Origin: Planctomycetota bacterium
Lineage (GTDB): Bacteria > Planctomycetota > B15-G4 > SIAN01
DNA: 64,000 nucleotides
Reading direction: 5' to 3'
Assembly: GCA_031409275.1 (NCBI GenBank)
Contig: JANNXA010000027.1
Coordinates: 32,001 to 96,000 of the forward strand
Every line of letters starts with the position of its first letter. The first letter of the stretch is position 1. Of this stretch, positions 28,507 through 39,300 are shown piece after piece. A program made the translations under genes and the position numbers. A model generated the notes under the pieces. The model saw only the letters and a program-made list of their open reading frames with translations. It ran no database searches and was not told the DNA's origin.

Positions 28507-29336
28507 GTTCCGAGCACTTCAAGTGGCGGGGACGTTGCCGCCACGACGCCCGCGCTTCGCAACGCCGTAGCGAAACGGTGGAGCGCGTCGGCGCCGCGTG
28601 CGCCGAGCGTGTGGGTGAGTTCGTTCACGTAGAGATCGACGTGTTGCCAGATCGCCGCCGGCGCGAGTTCCTGCGCGTGACGCTGCATGGTCGCGAACGC
28701 GGCGTCTCGATCGGCGTGCGCCGCCGCGAGCGACGCGCGCAACGCTCGCGTGAGGCGCGCGTGCACGTCGGCTCCCAGATCGCGGCGCGCCAGCAGTCCG
28801 CCCAGCGGCTGCGGCGCGCGCCACTGCTCCTCGTAGCGCGCACCGAGGTCCGCTCGACAATGAAGTCCGCGCTCGCGATAGGTGAAGCGCCCTTCATGGA
28901 TCACGACTCCGGCGTCCGCCTCGCCGCGCAACAGCGCCGGCATGATCTGCGCGAAGTGGACGTGACGCACGTGGGTCACTTCTGGCAGCAGCAGGCGCAG
29001 CAGTGCGTTCGCCGTGGTGCCGCCACCGGGAGTCAACACCTTCGCGTCGGCAGCGGGGGGCGGGCCTGGCGTGCGCGCCACCACCAGCGGCCCGACTCCG
29101 AGTCCGATCGCCGCGCCCACCGGCAGCACTCCGAAGAGGTGCGCCAGATGGAACGCCTGCGCGAAGCTCGCCTTGCCGACCGCCAGCGCGCCGCTGGCGA
29201 GCTGCAAGTTCAACTCCTCGATGTCGAGCAGTACGAACTCGAGGTCGAGGCCGGCGCGATCGCTGGTTCCGGAAAGGAGGCCATGGAACGCGAAGGTGTC
29301 GTTGGGGCAGGTCGAGAGGCCGACGCGCAGCTTCAT
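28503..29336 (-). CDS. mqnD: 1,4-dihydroxy-6-naphthoate synthase (futalosine pathway)
   Basis: GLSTCPNDTFAF, DIEELN, PGGGTTANAL, GVVIHEGRFTY, PLGG, HVDLYVN. Confidence 0.93.
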   Translation of the reverse strand: MKLRVGLSTCPNDTFAFHGLLSGTSDRAGLDLEFVLLDIEELNLQLASGALAVGKASFAQAFHLAHLFGVLPVGAAIGLGVGPLVVARTPGPPPAADAKVLTPGGGTTANALLRLLLPEVTHVRHVHFAQIMPALLRGEADAGVVIHEGRFTYRERGLHCRADLGARYEEQWRAPQPLGGLLARRDLGADVHARLTRALRASLAAAHADRDAAFATMQRHAQELAPAAIWQHVDLYVNELTHTLGARGADALHRFATALRSAGVVAATSPPLEVLGT

Positions 29337-30015
29337 TGCGGCAGCGCCTCGATCCAGGCGTCGAGCGCGCGCCGGCAGGCTGCGAGCGCCGGCTCCATGC
29401 GCCAGCCGGAATGGTCGCGATCGCCCGCCTCATTGCTGGCGCCGCGCAGGATGGTCAGCGGCACGCGCGCGACGCGAGCGGCCAGCGCGACGGCGTAGCC
29501 CTCCATCTCTTCGGCGAGCGCTTGGGGATGGCGGCGTCGGCGCGCCTGCGCTTGCGAGCGCGAGCCGGCGGCCGCAGCAACCGAAAGCAGGGCGCCGTGC
29601 ACGAGATCGCGTCGCGTCGGCGTCGTCAGCGCGATGGGCGCGAGCGATCCATCCCCAGCCAACGCCACCGGCAGCGGCGGCTCGGCGAGCGGCGCGAAGC
29701 TTTCGCCGTCGCCGGCGCCGATCCCGTCGCAGGCGACGCTCTCCGCCACCATCACGCGGCCGATCGGGAACGCTTCGGGGTCGAGCGTGCCGGCACTGCC
29801 GACCAGGAGCGCCGCGTCGGGCGCCAGCTTCGCGAACCAGCGGCCGCAGGTCGCGCCGGCGGCGGCGAGTCCGCAGCCGCTCAGCGCCACGCGCACGCTG
29901 CGGCCGGCGAGGGTGGCGAGTCGCGGTGCCCCGAGTCCTTGGCCGAGGTTGCCCAGCAGCAGCTCCGCTTCGCGAAGCGTCGGCACCAGCACCAGCAATC
30001 GCGAACGGCGTGCGC

Positions 30016-30019
<4 letters not shown>
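29333..30019 (-). CDS. mqnB: Futalosine hydrolase (PNP/MTAN fold)
   Basis: VPTLREA, GCGLAAAG, LVGSAG, EEMEGYAVA, LRGASN.AGDRD. Translationally coupled to mqnD. Confidence 0.85.
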
Positions 30020-31107
<1,088 letters not shown>

Positions 31108-31122
31108 GCGCTCTCCTTCGCG

Positions 31123-31680
31123 TCAGGCGCGCGGCGCCAGGAACTTCGCTCGGTAGTGCTTGAGCTCGATCAGCGAGGCGCGGATGTCATCGAGCGCGCG
31201 GTGGGTCTCGGGCTTCTGCGGGGCCGAGCTCGCGATCTCCGGTCGCCAGCGCCGCGCGAGCTCCTTCAGCGTGCTGACGTCGATGCAGCGGTGGTGGAGG
31301 AAGCGGTCGACGGCGCCCATCTGGCGATTCAGGAAGAGGCGATCCATCCAGATGGAGTTGCCGCACAGCGGTGCGGTGCGCTCCTTCAAGTGCTGCTGGA
31401 AGAAGCGCAGCGTCTCGAACTCCGCCTGCGATGGGCCGACGGTCGCGACGCGGCAGCGTTCCGTCAGGCCGTTCTTCGCATGCATGTCGCGCACGATCGG
31501 CTGCATCGAGTCGAGCACCTCGGCCGACCGCGCGATGGCGTGGCAGGGGCCCTCGGCGACGATCTCGAGCGAGTTGTCGGTGATCAGCGTGGCGATCTCG
31601 AGGATCACGTCCTTTCCGGGGTCGAGCCCGGTCATCTCGAGGTCCATCCAGACCAGCAGATCGTCGCGCGGTGGTGCCAT
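31123..31680 (-). CDS. orn: Oligoribonuclease
   Basis: LVWMDLEMTGLDP, PLCGNSI..DR.FL, IDVSTLKELARRW, HRALDDIR.S..ELKHYR. Confidence 0.96.
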   Translation of the reverse strand: MAPPRDDLLVWMDLEMTGLDPGKDVILEIATLITDNSLEIVAEGPCHAIARSAEVLDSMQPIVRDMHAKNGLTERCRVATVGPSQAEFETLRFFQQHLKERTAPLCGNSIWMDRLFLNRQMGAVDRFLHHRCIDVSTLKELARRWRPEIASSAPQKPETHRALDDIRASLIELKHYRAKFLAPRA

Positions 31681-31708
31681 GGCGCGGGATTGTAGCCCGC
31701 GCGCGACC

Positions 31709-33022
31709 TTAGCTCGCGGACGCTTCGTCGCGGCTGACCTGCCAGCGCGCGGGCAGCCAGCTCGCGAGCAGCGCCGCCGCCGGCACGACGTAGAGCGCCG
31801 CGTCGGCGTCGCGAAAGCGGATCGAGCCGTAGAAGAGCAGCGCGGTGAGCAGCGTCGACGCCACCGGCGCGAGCACGACGACCAGCGCCGCTCGCCGACG
31901 CCACCAGCACCAGAGCAGCCCCAGCAGTGCCAGCGGCCCGACCACTAGCCAGCTCGCCGCGAAGCTCCAATAGACCGCGCGATTGGTGGTAGTCCGAAAC
32001 GCCGAGAAATGGCGCACGACCTTCATCGCCAGCAACCGCGGCAAGTCGCCTTGGTGCTGCTTCAAGTAGTCGACGCCGTAGCGCCAGCACGCGGCGTCGT
32101 TCTCGAGTTCGGTGCCATCGAGCGGATGGTCGGCGTCGATCAGCGGTTCGATCGGCATCCATGAGCCGACGAGCTCGGGATCGGCCGCCAGCAGCGCGTT
32201 GTTCGCGCCCCAGAAGGTGAAGCCGCCGATGGTGGAGAGCGTCGCCTTGCCCAGCTGCTGCTGGTTGCGCACGACCCACGGAACGAGCAGCAACGTCGAT
32301 GCGAGGCCGACCACGACCACCGCGCGCAGGCGCGCCATTCGGCGTACTTGCGGCGACAGCAGCGCTCCGACGAGGACGACGAGCCCGGCGAAAGCGACTT
32401 GCGGTCGCGTCAGCAGCGCCGCGCCAAAGCACAGTCCGGTCGCGAGCGACGCCGCGACCCACGGTCGCTTGTCGTCCACGCGTCGCAGCAGACGGATGCC
32501 GAACCAGCAGGTCAGCGCGATGAAGAACCCATAGGGCACTTCGGAGAGGAAGTGCATCGAGTAGTAGAAATGGCCCGGCAGCAGCGCCACCGCCAAGGCG
32601 GCCAGCAAGGCAGCGATGGCGCCGAAGAGCTCGAACGCGATGAGCCCAGAGAGCAGGCAGCTGCCGGCCGAGATCGCGGCGAACCAGACGCGCGCAGCGG
32701 CGTAGTCGCGGCCGAACAGCGCGTAGATCGGCAGGAGCGTCATCGACGTTCCAGGCGGGCGGCGCGCGGTGGGGGTGCCGTCGCTGAGCGTGTAGCCCTC
32801 TCCGCATGCGAGGCGCCACGCGAAGAGCTCGTAGTCGAGCTGGTCGGGGTTGCTCTCGGCATCGGGCGGGGCGGAGAGGCCCTGAAATTTCGCGGCGACA
32901 CCGATTCGCAGCGCGAATGCCGCCGCCGCGATCGCGAGCAGCAGCCAGCGCCAATGGGCGATGAAGAAGGGACGCGGTTCGCGAGCGGTCACGGGCGCGG
33001 ACGATAGCGCCCGATCGCTCAC
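31709..33022 (-). CDS. GT-C (ArnT/PMT, family 39-like) membrane glycosyltransferase
   Basis: GTG 33022 overlaps the upstream stop. PDQLDY, TARRPPG, FLSEVP, LTRP, PWVVRN, GGFTFWGANN, YGSIRFR. Confidence 0.8.
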   Translation of the reverse strand: MSDRALSSAPVTAREPRPFFIAHWRWLLLAIAAAAFALRIGVAAKFQGLSAPPDAESNPDQLDYELFAWRLACGEGYTLSDGTPTARRPPGTSMTLLPIYALFGRDYAAARVWFAAISAGSCLLSGLIAFELFGAIAALLAALAVALLPGHFYYSMHFLSEVPYGFFIALTCWFGIRLLRRVDDKRPWVAASLATGLCFGAALLTRPQVAFAGLVVLVGALLSPQVRRMARLRAVVVVGLASTLLLVPWVVRNQQQLGKATLSTIGGFTFWGANNALLAADPELVGSWMPIEPLIDADHPLDGTELENDAACWRYGVDYLKQHQGDLPRLLAMKVVRHFSAFRTTTNRAVYWSFAASWLVVGPLALLGLLWCWWRRRAALVVVLAPVASTLLTALLFYGSIRFRDADAALYVVPAAALLASWLPARWQVSRDEASAS

Positions 33023-35022
33023 CTCGATCGCAGGTCGAGGTGCCGCACGCGAGGCCACATCGACAATCGCTGATGGCGCGTCAGCGGCCGGCGCAACGCA
33101 TCGACCGGCGCGCGCCACTCCACCTTCACGTTCGCCGCCCGGAGCGCCAGGACGCACTCCTCGAGCTCGAAGCGCGAACAGGCGTCGGTCAGGAAGAGCG
33201 CCTCGGGCTGCCCTTGCGAGAGCAGGCCGAAGCGCGGTTCGGCGCGCACCGAATCGAGCGGGCGGCGCAGCAGCATTTCGAAGCTCGGCGGGGCGTCGCG
33301 CGTCACGACGCTCTCGATCTGCTCCGGTGCACGCGTTGCGGCCAGCAGCACGACGACACCCCACGCTCCTTCGCCGAAGAGGCGGCACTTTCCTGCCGCA
33401 CCGTCGCGGCCGCGGCGCGTGATCAGCTCGACCAGCGTGGCGACCGCGGCATCGAGCGAGTCGATCGCGCCGCCGCAGCCGATCAGAACGGCTTGCGGGT
33501 CGAGTCTTTCGAACTCCGCGCGGCCCGCGAAGAGCGCGGCGCGCGGGCCGAAGTCGGAGGCGCAGATCAGGTCGGCTCGAAGCGCCCCAGCGGCGACGGT
33601 TCGCGGAAGCTCGGTGACCGTCCCGGCGCGCGATTCGAGCAGCGTGAGAGGTCGCGCGCCCGGCGTCGGTTGGAGCGCGCCCATCCGCTCCAGCAGCGGC
33701 CGCTGCCGATCGGGCAGGGCCACATGTTCGCGCCGAGCCAGCGCCATCCGCAGCAGGTCGGAGTCGAAGCGCGCTCGCAAGTACTCCTCGCCGAAGACGG
33801 CGGCGTCGGCGAGCGTCACGCTGGCAGGACGAGGAGCGGCGGGGCCGGTGCCGATGGAATCGCCATCGACCGCAACGCCGGCGCCGAGTGCGAGCGCGGC
33901 CACGTCGTCGAGCACGACCCGAATCGAGCACCCGGTTGATTCCGGGCGCGTCGCCATCCACGCGCTGATCTGCGCGAGTTCGTCGAGGGCAACTTCGGCC
34001 GGCGAACTTCCGACGAGGCGCAGCTCCGGATCGTCGCAGCCATCGAAGCTCGCGTTCACGCGCCGCTCGCCGCCTCCGAGGAAGTCGAACGTCGCGACGC
34101 ATTCGCCATTCGCCAACCACCCGGCGCATGCGGCGAGCAGCTCGGGATCGGCTTTTCCGAGCGGCCGGCCACATGCGAGCAGGGTGACGCGCGCCGGCGC
34201 GGCGCTGCGGTTCGCCACGACCGCCGGACGCGCGATCAGCGTCGCCACTTCGACGTCGGGGCGCACTTCGAGGATCAGTCGCTCGATCGTCCCTTCGGGC
34301 GCAGTCACCGTGTCGATCGGTCGCACGGCGTAGAGCGGCGGCACGCCGCGTGGCGAAAGCTCGACCCCGAAGCAGGGGACGCGCGCGAGTGCGGTCGGAG
34401 TCGGCGGCGCGCGGGGCTGCGGTGGCGTCGCGGTGGCGGTGGCGGAGAGTCGAGCGAGCGCTGCCGCGAGATCGGCGTCGCCCACGTTCAAGAGTTCCCC
34501 CACCGTGAGGTCGTGCAGCGCGCCGCTCGATCGCACGGTCGCCATCCGTGGTCCGGGCCCAGGCAGCGTCGAGACCAGCAGCACGGCGCCCTCCGGCGTG
34601 GCCACCGTGAGTCCACCGCCGGCGTGGAAGGTGAACTGCAGCGCGTAGCGCAGCCCTTGCGGCTCGGCGAAGTGGGTCAGCGGCGCCGCGGTGGTGCTGC
34701 GGCCCGCCGCGTCGAAGGCGCGGTCGTCGGTCGCGGCGGCGTCGCGCACCGTCCAGTGCCAGCGCGCCCCTTCGAAGGGCTCGAACTGCAGGTCGAGCCG
34801 CTCGATGGTCGAGTCGCTGGCGGGCGGCGCGGTCGTTGGAGTGGCGGTGGAGCGCAGTTCGACCGAAAGGTCGCAGCGTCCCTCTTCGCCAAGCACGAAC
34901 GACAGTTCGAATCGCTGCGGCCGCGAACTCGCGTCGAGCGCGATCTGGCGATCGTCAGGAGCGCGTGCGGCGCAGAGCAGCGAAGCGAAGCAGCCCACGC
35001 GGGCGATCGACCCAAGCGACAT
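33019..35022 (-). CDS. Hypothetical exported protein with degenerate alpha/beta-hydrolase-like domains
   Basis: ATG 35022 with a signal-like N-terminus. ERLILEVRPD, ATFDFLGGGER and LFGEGAWG..LLAA resemble acetylxylan-esterase-like folds, but there is no GxSxG. Confidence 0.55.
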   Translation of the reverse strand: MSLGSIARVGCFASLLCAARAPDDRQIALDASSRPQRFELSFVLGEEGRCDLSVELRSTATPTTAPPASDSTIERLDLQFEPFEGARWHWTVRDAAATDDRAFDAAGRSTTAAPLTHFAEPQGLRYALQFTFHAGGGLTVATPEGAVLLVSTLPGPGPRMATVRSSGALHDLTVGELLNVGDADLAAALARLSATATATPPQPRAPPTPTALARVPCFGVELSPRGVPPLYAVRPIDTVTAPEGTIERLILEVRPDVEVATLIARPAVVANRSAAPARVTLLACGRPLGKADPELLAACAGWLANGECVATFDFLGGGERRVNASFDGCDDPELRLVGSSPAEVALDELAQISAWMATRPESTGCSIRVVLDDVAALALGAGVAVDGDSIGTGPAAPRPASVTLADAAVFGEEYLRARFDSDLLRMALARREHVALPDRQRPLLERMGALQPTPGARPLTLLESRAGTVTELPRTVAAGALRADLICASDFGPRAALFAGRAEFERLDPQAVLIGCGGAIDSLDAAVATLVELITRRGRDGAAGKCRLFGEGAWGVVVLLAATRAPEQIESVVTRDAPPSFEMLLRRPLDSVRAEPRFGLLSQGQPEALFLTDACSRFELEECVLALRAANVKVEWRAPVDALRRPLTRHQRLSMWPRVRHLDLRSR

Positions 35023-35048
35023 CACGATCCTCCGCGCGCGAGCGACGC

Positions 35049-35198
35049 TCACGCCTCGGCGGCGCCGCGCTCCTTGTCCTCGTACTTGCCCTTGCGCGCG
35101 AAGCGCAGCACGATTCCGAGCAGCGTGCCGAGCACGAAAGCCGTGGCCACCACGCCCCAAACCGGGAAGCCGTCGATCCAATCGGTCAGCGCCTTCAA
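35049..35198 (-). CDS. Small single-pass membrane protein (49 aa)
   Basis: TTG 35198 preceded by AAGGAGA. LKALTDWIDGFPVWGVVATAFVLGTLLGIVLRFARKGKY. Confidence 0.65.
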   Translation of the reverse strand: MKALTDWIDGFPVWGVVATAFVLGTLLGIVLRFARKGKYEDKERGAAEA

Positions 35199-35241
35199 CG
35201 AATGTCTCCTTGCCGCGGTTCGTCGCGACTCGCCTTCGAGT

Positions 35242-36207
35242 TCAGCGTCCGGCCCCGGCGGCCTTCGCGCCCTGCTTCTTCGCTGCGACAGCGGCGCGTG
35301 CGAAGGCGGCGCCGTGGAAGGCGAGCGACTCGTGCACGTATTCGCTGAAGTAGTCCTTCCCGTGGCCGCCGCTGCGCAAGAACCACTGATGGGAGACCTT
35401 GCGCTTCTCGAGGATCTGGTGCAGTTCCTCGTTGGTCTTGTTGAAGCCGTAGCGGTCGCTGTCACCGCAGTCGAAATAGAGGTCGAGCTGCGTGAGCGAT
35501 TCGACCGGCAGCGTGGCGGCGAGTTCGAGCGGGTTCCACTGCTTCCAATGGTCGACGTCGATCGGCCAGCCGTAGATCGGCTTCCACTGCGGCGCGAACT
35601 GCTTGATGCGCTCGGGCAGGCTGGCGGGATCGACGGGGTAGATCGCGGCGCTGTGGGCGCTGACGGAGCCGAAGACGTCGGGGTGCTTGAAGGCGACGTT
35701 CAACGCCCCGTAGCCGCCCATCGAGTCGCCGTTGATCCCGCGCGACTCGCGCGCGGCGAGCGTCCGGAACTTCGCGTCGATGGTCTCGACGAGTTCGGTG
35801 GCGAGGAAGTCGCCCCAAGGCGCCTTCGACTCGAGCGCGTTGACGTACATCGAGTTCTGCCCATCGGGGCAGACGACGATCATCGGCGGCACGGTGCGCG
35901 CTTCGATGAGCTGGTCGAGCTTGGCCGGCGTCCCACGCTCGGCCCACTTGCCGGCGCTGCCCCACAAGCCGTGCAGGAAATAGAGGACCGGGTAGCGCTC
36001 GCCGCTCTCGTCGTAGCCGGGCGGCAAGTAGATGCCGACATTCAGCGTGGTGTCGAGCAGCTTCGACTCGTGGGTCACGTACTCCATGCGGCTGTCGCTC
36101 AGCGCCGGCGCGGCCGGAACCGCGGTTCGCACGGGAGCGGGAGTCTCCTGCGCCGGCCCCGTGAGGAGCGCGGCGAAGAGGCCAGCGGCAGCGGCGGCGT
36201 GCGACAT
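35242..36207 (-). CDS. Secreted putative esterase (alpha/beta hydrolase, XynZ/Fes-like)
   Basis: IYLPPGY..RYPVLYFLHG, GDSMGGYGA, DCGDSD, GGH. Confidence 0.88.
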   Translation of the reverse strand: MSHAAAAAGLFAALLTGPAQETPAPVRTAVPAAPALSDSRMEYVTHESKLLDTTLNVGIYLPPGYDESGERYPVLYFLHGLWGSAGKWAERGTPAKLDQLIEARTVPPMIVVCPDGQNSMYVNALESKAPWGDFLATELVETIDAKFRTLAARESRGINGDSMGGYGALNVAFKHPDVFGSVSAHSAAIYPVDPASLPERIKQFAPQWKPIYGWPIDVDHWKQWNPLELAATLPVESLTQLDLYFDCGDSDRYGFNKTNEELHQILEKRKVSHQWFLRSGGHGKDYFSEYVHESLAFHGAAFARAAVAAKKQGAKAAGAGR

Positions 36208-36253
36208 CGATCGACCTCCCTGGACGCGCCTGGCGTGGTTCGAGCGCGGCGTT

Positions 36254-36808
36254 CTATCCGTGGCGCGCGGCTACGGCCACCGCCCGTTCGCGCGCCGCGT
36301 GCGGCAGGACGCCTTCGAGCGTCAGCAACTGGACCTTCTTGTCGAGCCCGCCGCCGTAGCCGACGAGCTTGGCGTCGGCGCCAATCACGCGGTGGCAGGG
36401 GATCACGATCGCGATCGGATTCTCGTGGTTGGCGCGACCAATGGCGCGTGCCGCGGTCGGGGTTCCGATGGCGCGCGCGATGGCGCCGTAGCTGGCCGTT
36501 GCGCCGTACGGAATCTGCTGGAGCGCCGCCCACACGCGTTCCTGGAACGGCGTTCCGCGCGCGGCGAGCGGTGCGCTGAAGGTGCGGCGCTGGCCGGCGA
36601 AGTACTCGGAGAGCTCGCGTTCGAGGCGGTCGATCAGTCGCACCGCCGCGCGCGGGGCGACCGGCGCCATCGCCCGCGACAGCGGTCGCTCGGAACCGGC
36701 TTCGACGAAACGCAGCGCGCGGACGGCAAAGCGATCGGCGATCAGACGGAGCGTCCCGACCGGAGAGTCGATCCAGCGTTGCGCGAGAAGGGCGTTGTCG
36801 AGTTCCAT
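36254..36808 (-). CDS. ogt: Methylated-DNA--protein-cysteine methyltransferase
   Basis: GTPFQ.RVW..L..IPYG, ARAIG.AN..NPIAIVIPCHRVIG, GYGGG..K..LL.LE. Confidence 0.95.
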   Translation of the reverse strand: MELDNALLAQRWIDSPVGTLRLIADRFAVRALRFVEAGSERPLSRAMAPVAPRAAVRLIDRLERELSEYFAGQRRTFSAPLAARGTPFQERVWAALQQIPYGATASYGAIARAIGTPTAARAIGRANHENPIAIVIPCHRVIGADAKLVGYGGGLDKKVQLLTLEGVLPHAARERAVAVAARHG

Positions 36809-36923
36809 CGGCGGCTCCGGGCTCCGACCGCAGGCTTCGCCGGTCGCAGCGCAAGGACTCTACGGCCCGCCGCCGCCGCCGTTCCCGTCGGTTCCGTGGC
36901 GCAGGGATATGCTCTCGCCCGTC

Positions 36924-37175
36924 ATGCGACTGCTCACCCTCCACCGCATCCTGATCGCGACGATGATCCTCTTCCTCGGCTATTTCGGCTGGTACCAGGC
37001 GCGCGCCTGGCAGGCGAGCGGCTCCGGCGTCGCGTTGGGGATGACGGTGGGCTGCGCCCTGATCGCCGTTGCGCTCACCTGGTACCTGACCAACCTGAAG
37101 CGTTACGTCCACCTCGACGATTCGGTGAAGAGTGGTGTGCCGCCCGCCTCCCCTCCGTCGGAGAAACCGCAGTGA
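36924..37175 (+). CDS. Small two-TM membrane protein
   Basis: MRLLTLHRILIATMILFLGYFGWY...VALTWYL. Its stop overlaps the next GTG. Confidence 0.65.
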   Translation: MRLLTLHRILIATMILFLGYFGWYQARAWQASGSGVALGMTVGCALIAVALTWYLTNLKRYVHLDDSVKSGVPPASPPSEKPQ

Positions 37176-37849
37176 GCGATCGCGCAACCGGCTTGCTCGA
37201 ACCGCCGCCAACGGCTCCGCGCGACGGGGACGGCAAGGGCCCGACGCATCGCGGCGGCGGCGGCGGTGGCGGCAATGACGGCGGGGCGCAGAGCGGCGCC
37301 GGCCTGCCGGTCTCGAACTCGCGCCTGCTGCTGCTGTTGGCGCTGATGGCGTCGACGATGCTCTTCTCCGGCTTGATCGGCGCCTTCATCGTGTTGCGCA
37401 ACGCGGCGCCGACGTGGCCGCCCGCGGGATCACCGCCGCTCCCCGACTGGTTGACCTGGAATACGGCGCTGATCGTTGCCAGCAGCTTCGTGCTCGGCGG
37501 CGCGCACGTCGCGCAGCGGCGCGGCCATGCCGCGACGATGAAGGCCGGGCTCCTGGTCGCCACGCTGCTCGCGCTCGCGTTCCTCGGCGTGCAGTGGGTG
37601 GGCTGGCAGCAGTTGCGAGCGGATGGCTTCCTCCCGAGCAGCAACAACTACGGCGGCAACTTCTGGCTGCTGACGACGCTCCACTTCGCGCACGCCTCGG
37701 TCGGCACGCTGCTGCTCGTTCGGGCAAGCGTCCTGGCATTGCGCGGGTACTTGCCGGTGCGGCTCGCGACTTCGGTCGAAGTGGCGTCCGTTTCGTGGCA
37801 CTTCATCGACGTGGCCTGGCTGGTCATCTACTTCGTCCTCCATGCCTGA
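37172..37849 (+). CDS. Heme-copper oxidase subunit III family protein
   Basis: MLFSGLIGAF, WPP, NTALIVASS, FLGVQW..W, FWLLTTLHFAH, WHFIDVAWLVIY. Confidence 0.85.
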   Translation: MSDRATGLLEPPPTAPRDGDGKGPTHRGGGGGGGNDGGAQSGAGLPVSNSRLLLLLALMASTMLFSGLIGAFIVLRNAAPTWPPAGSPPLPDWLTWNTALIVASSFVLGGAHVAQRRGHAATMKAGLLVATLLALAFLGVQWVGWQQLRADGFLPSSNNYGGNFWLLTTLHFAHASVGTLLLVRASVLALRGYLPVRLATSVEVASVSWHFIDVAWLVIYFVLHA

Positions 37850-37906
37850 GAGCCTCGCGGCGCGCGCGCGGCGAAGGGCCGCGGTTGGGCGCATCGGAGG
37901 TGGGCG

Positions 37907-39271
37907 ATGGTGGAACCGTTGCGGTCCGGGCGCTCCTCGCTGCGCCGCGTGCTGCTGTTCTGGTCGATCCTGTGGCTGGCACCGATCGCCTTGGCACGCG
38001 GCGACGAATTCACGCCGCTCGATCGACAAGTGATGGCGACGCTCACCGTCACCACCGAATCGCCGCGCGCGACGTTCCACCACGAGCCGGGCGCGCTCGC
38101 TCCCGCCGAGCTCGAAGCGGCGGTGGCGGCGAACGTCGCGGCGCTGCAGTCGCTCGAGAAGACGCTCGCGATGAAGTACCGCGGCAAGGTCCACTTCTTC
38201 CTCTACCGCTCGGTCGCCGAGATGGCGGTGCGCACCGGCGCGGCGGATGGCACGGTCGCCTTCTCGACTGGCACGGTCAGCGTCCATCAGGCGCATGACT
38301 TCCGCGGCTGCCACGAACTCGTCCACATCTTCGCGCTGCAGTTCCCGCCGTGCGCGGACGGCGCCGGGGCCGACGGATTCGTGGTCGAGGGGCTCGCCAC
38401 CGCGCTTGCCGAGAGCGACGAAGGCGTGCCGATCGCCGCTTGGGGCCGCGCCTACGCGGAACTCGGCCTGCTGCCCGATTCGCTGCAGGAGTTCCGTCGT
38501 CATTGGCCGCAAGGCGCGAAGAACGGCGTGCACCCCTACCACGTCGCGGGCAGCTTCGTCGGTTGGCTGGTCGAGAAGCACGGCATCGCGAAGGTGAAGC
38601 AGTGGTACGTCGACGCCACCGAAGCGCACCGCTGGTTGGGAAAGAGCTTCGGACAGCTCGAGCGCGAGTGGCGCGAAGAGACGGCGAAGCGACCGATCGC
38701 GAAGGAGCATCTCGCTCACGTGCGCCGCAAGCTCGGACTCGAGCTCGACCCGCTGCCCGCGGCGTACGCGAACGCGAAGGGGACGCCGCTCTTCGTGGGT
38801 GGCGCTGGCGGCGGCGGGCTGCGCAGCGACCTCGCGGCCGAGCGACCCGACTGCTGGACCGTAGAGGGGGGCGCGCTGGTCGGACGGAACGAGCTGGCGT
38901 GGACTCACCTCGCGACGACGGCGGCCCACCCCGCGCGCGTCGGCGTGCGCGTCAAGTTGCGACTCGTGCGCGGCGACGCCGTGAAGCTGCGCGTGAATGG
39001 CGATCGCGAGGTGGTCCTGGCGAACTGGTCGAGCTACCTCTCGGCCGGCGGCGCCTTCGTCGGCAACGAGCGACAGAAGCTGATCGTCGGCCAATGGCAC
39101 GAGGTGGTGCTGGTGAACGATGGCGGCCGCGCTCGCGTCTGGCTCGACGGTGCCGGCCTCTTCGACCTGCCGGGCGGCTGGGCCGACGCCGGCGCCGGGA
39201 CGCTCGGCATCGCCGTCGAGAAGGGCGAGATCGAAGTGGAGCGGTGGGAGCGGTTCGAGTTGCCGCGCTAG
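37907..39271 (+). CDS. Exported gluzincin (peptidase MA-like) domain protein with C-terminal beta-sandwich domain
   Basis: HELVH, then EGLAT and Y..AGSFV.WL. The C-terminal WTVEGGALVG / QWHEV / GTLGI pattern resembles DUF1080/ConA-like folds. Confidence 0.65.
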   Translation: MVEPLRSGRSSLRRVLLFWSILWLAPIALARGDEFTPLDRQVMATLTVTTESPRATFHHEPGALAPAELEAAVAANVAALQSLEKTLAMKYRGKVHFFLYRSVAEMAVRTGAADGTVAFSTGTVSVHQAHDFRGCHELVHIFALQFPPCADGAGADGFVVEGLATALAESDEGVPIAAWGRAYAELGLLPDSLQEFRRHWPQGAKNGVHPYHVAGSFVGWLVEKHGIAKVKQWYVDATEAHRWLGKSFGQLEREWREETAKRPIAKEHLAHVRRKLGLELDPLPAAYANAKGTPLFVGGAGGGGLRSDLAAERPDCWTVEGGALVGRNELAWTHLATTAAHPARVGVRVKLRLVRGDAVKLRVNGDREVVLANWSSYLSAGGAFVGNERQKLIVGQWHEVVLVNDGGRARVWLDGAGLFDLPGGWADAGAGTLGIAVEKGEIEVERWERFELPR

Positions 39272-39300
39272 CGCGCTTCATCCCGGTCCGCATCCGCGAG

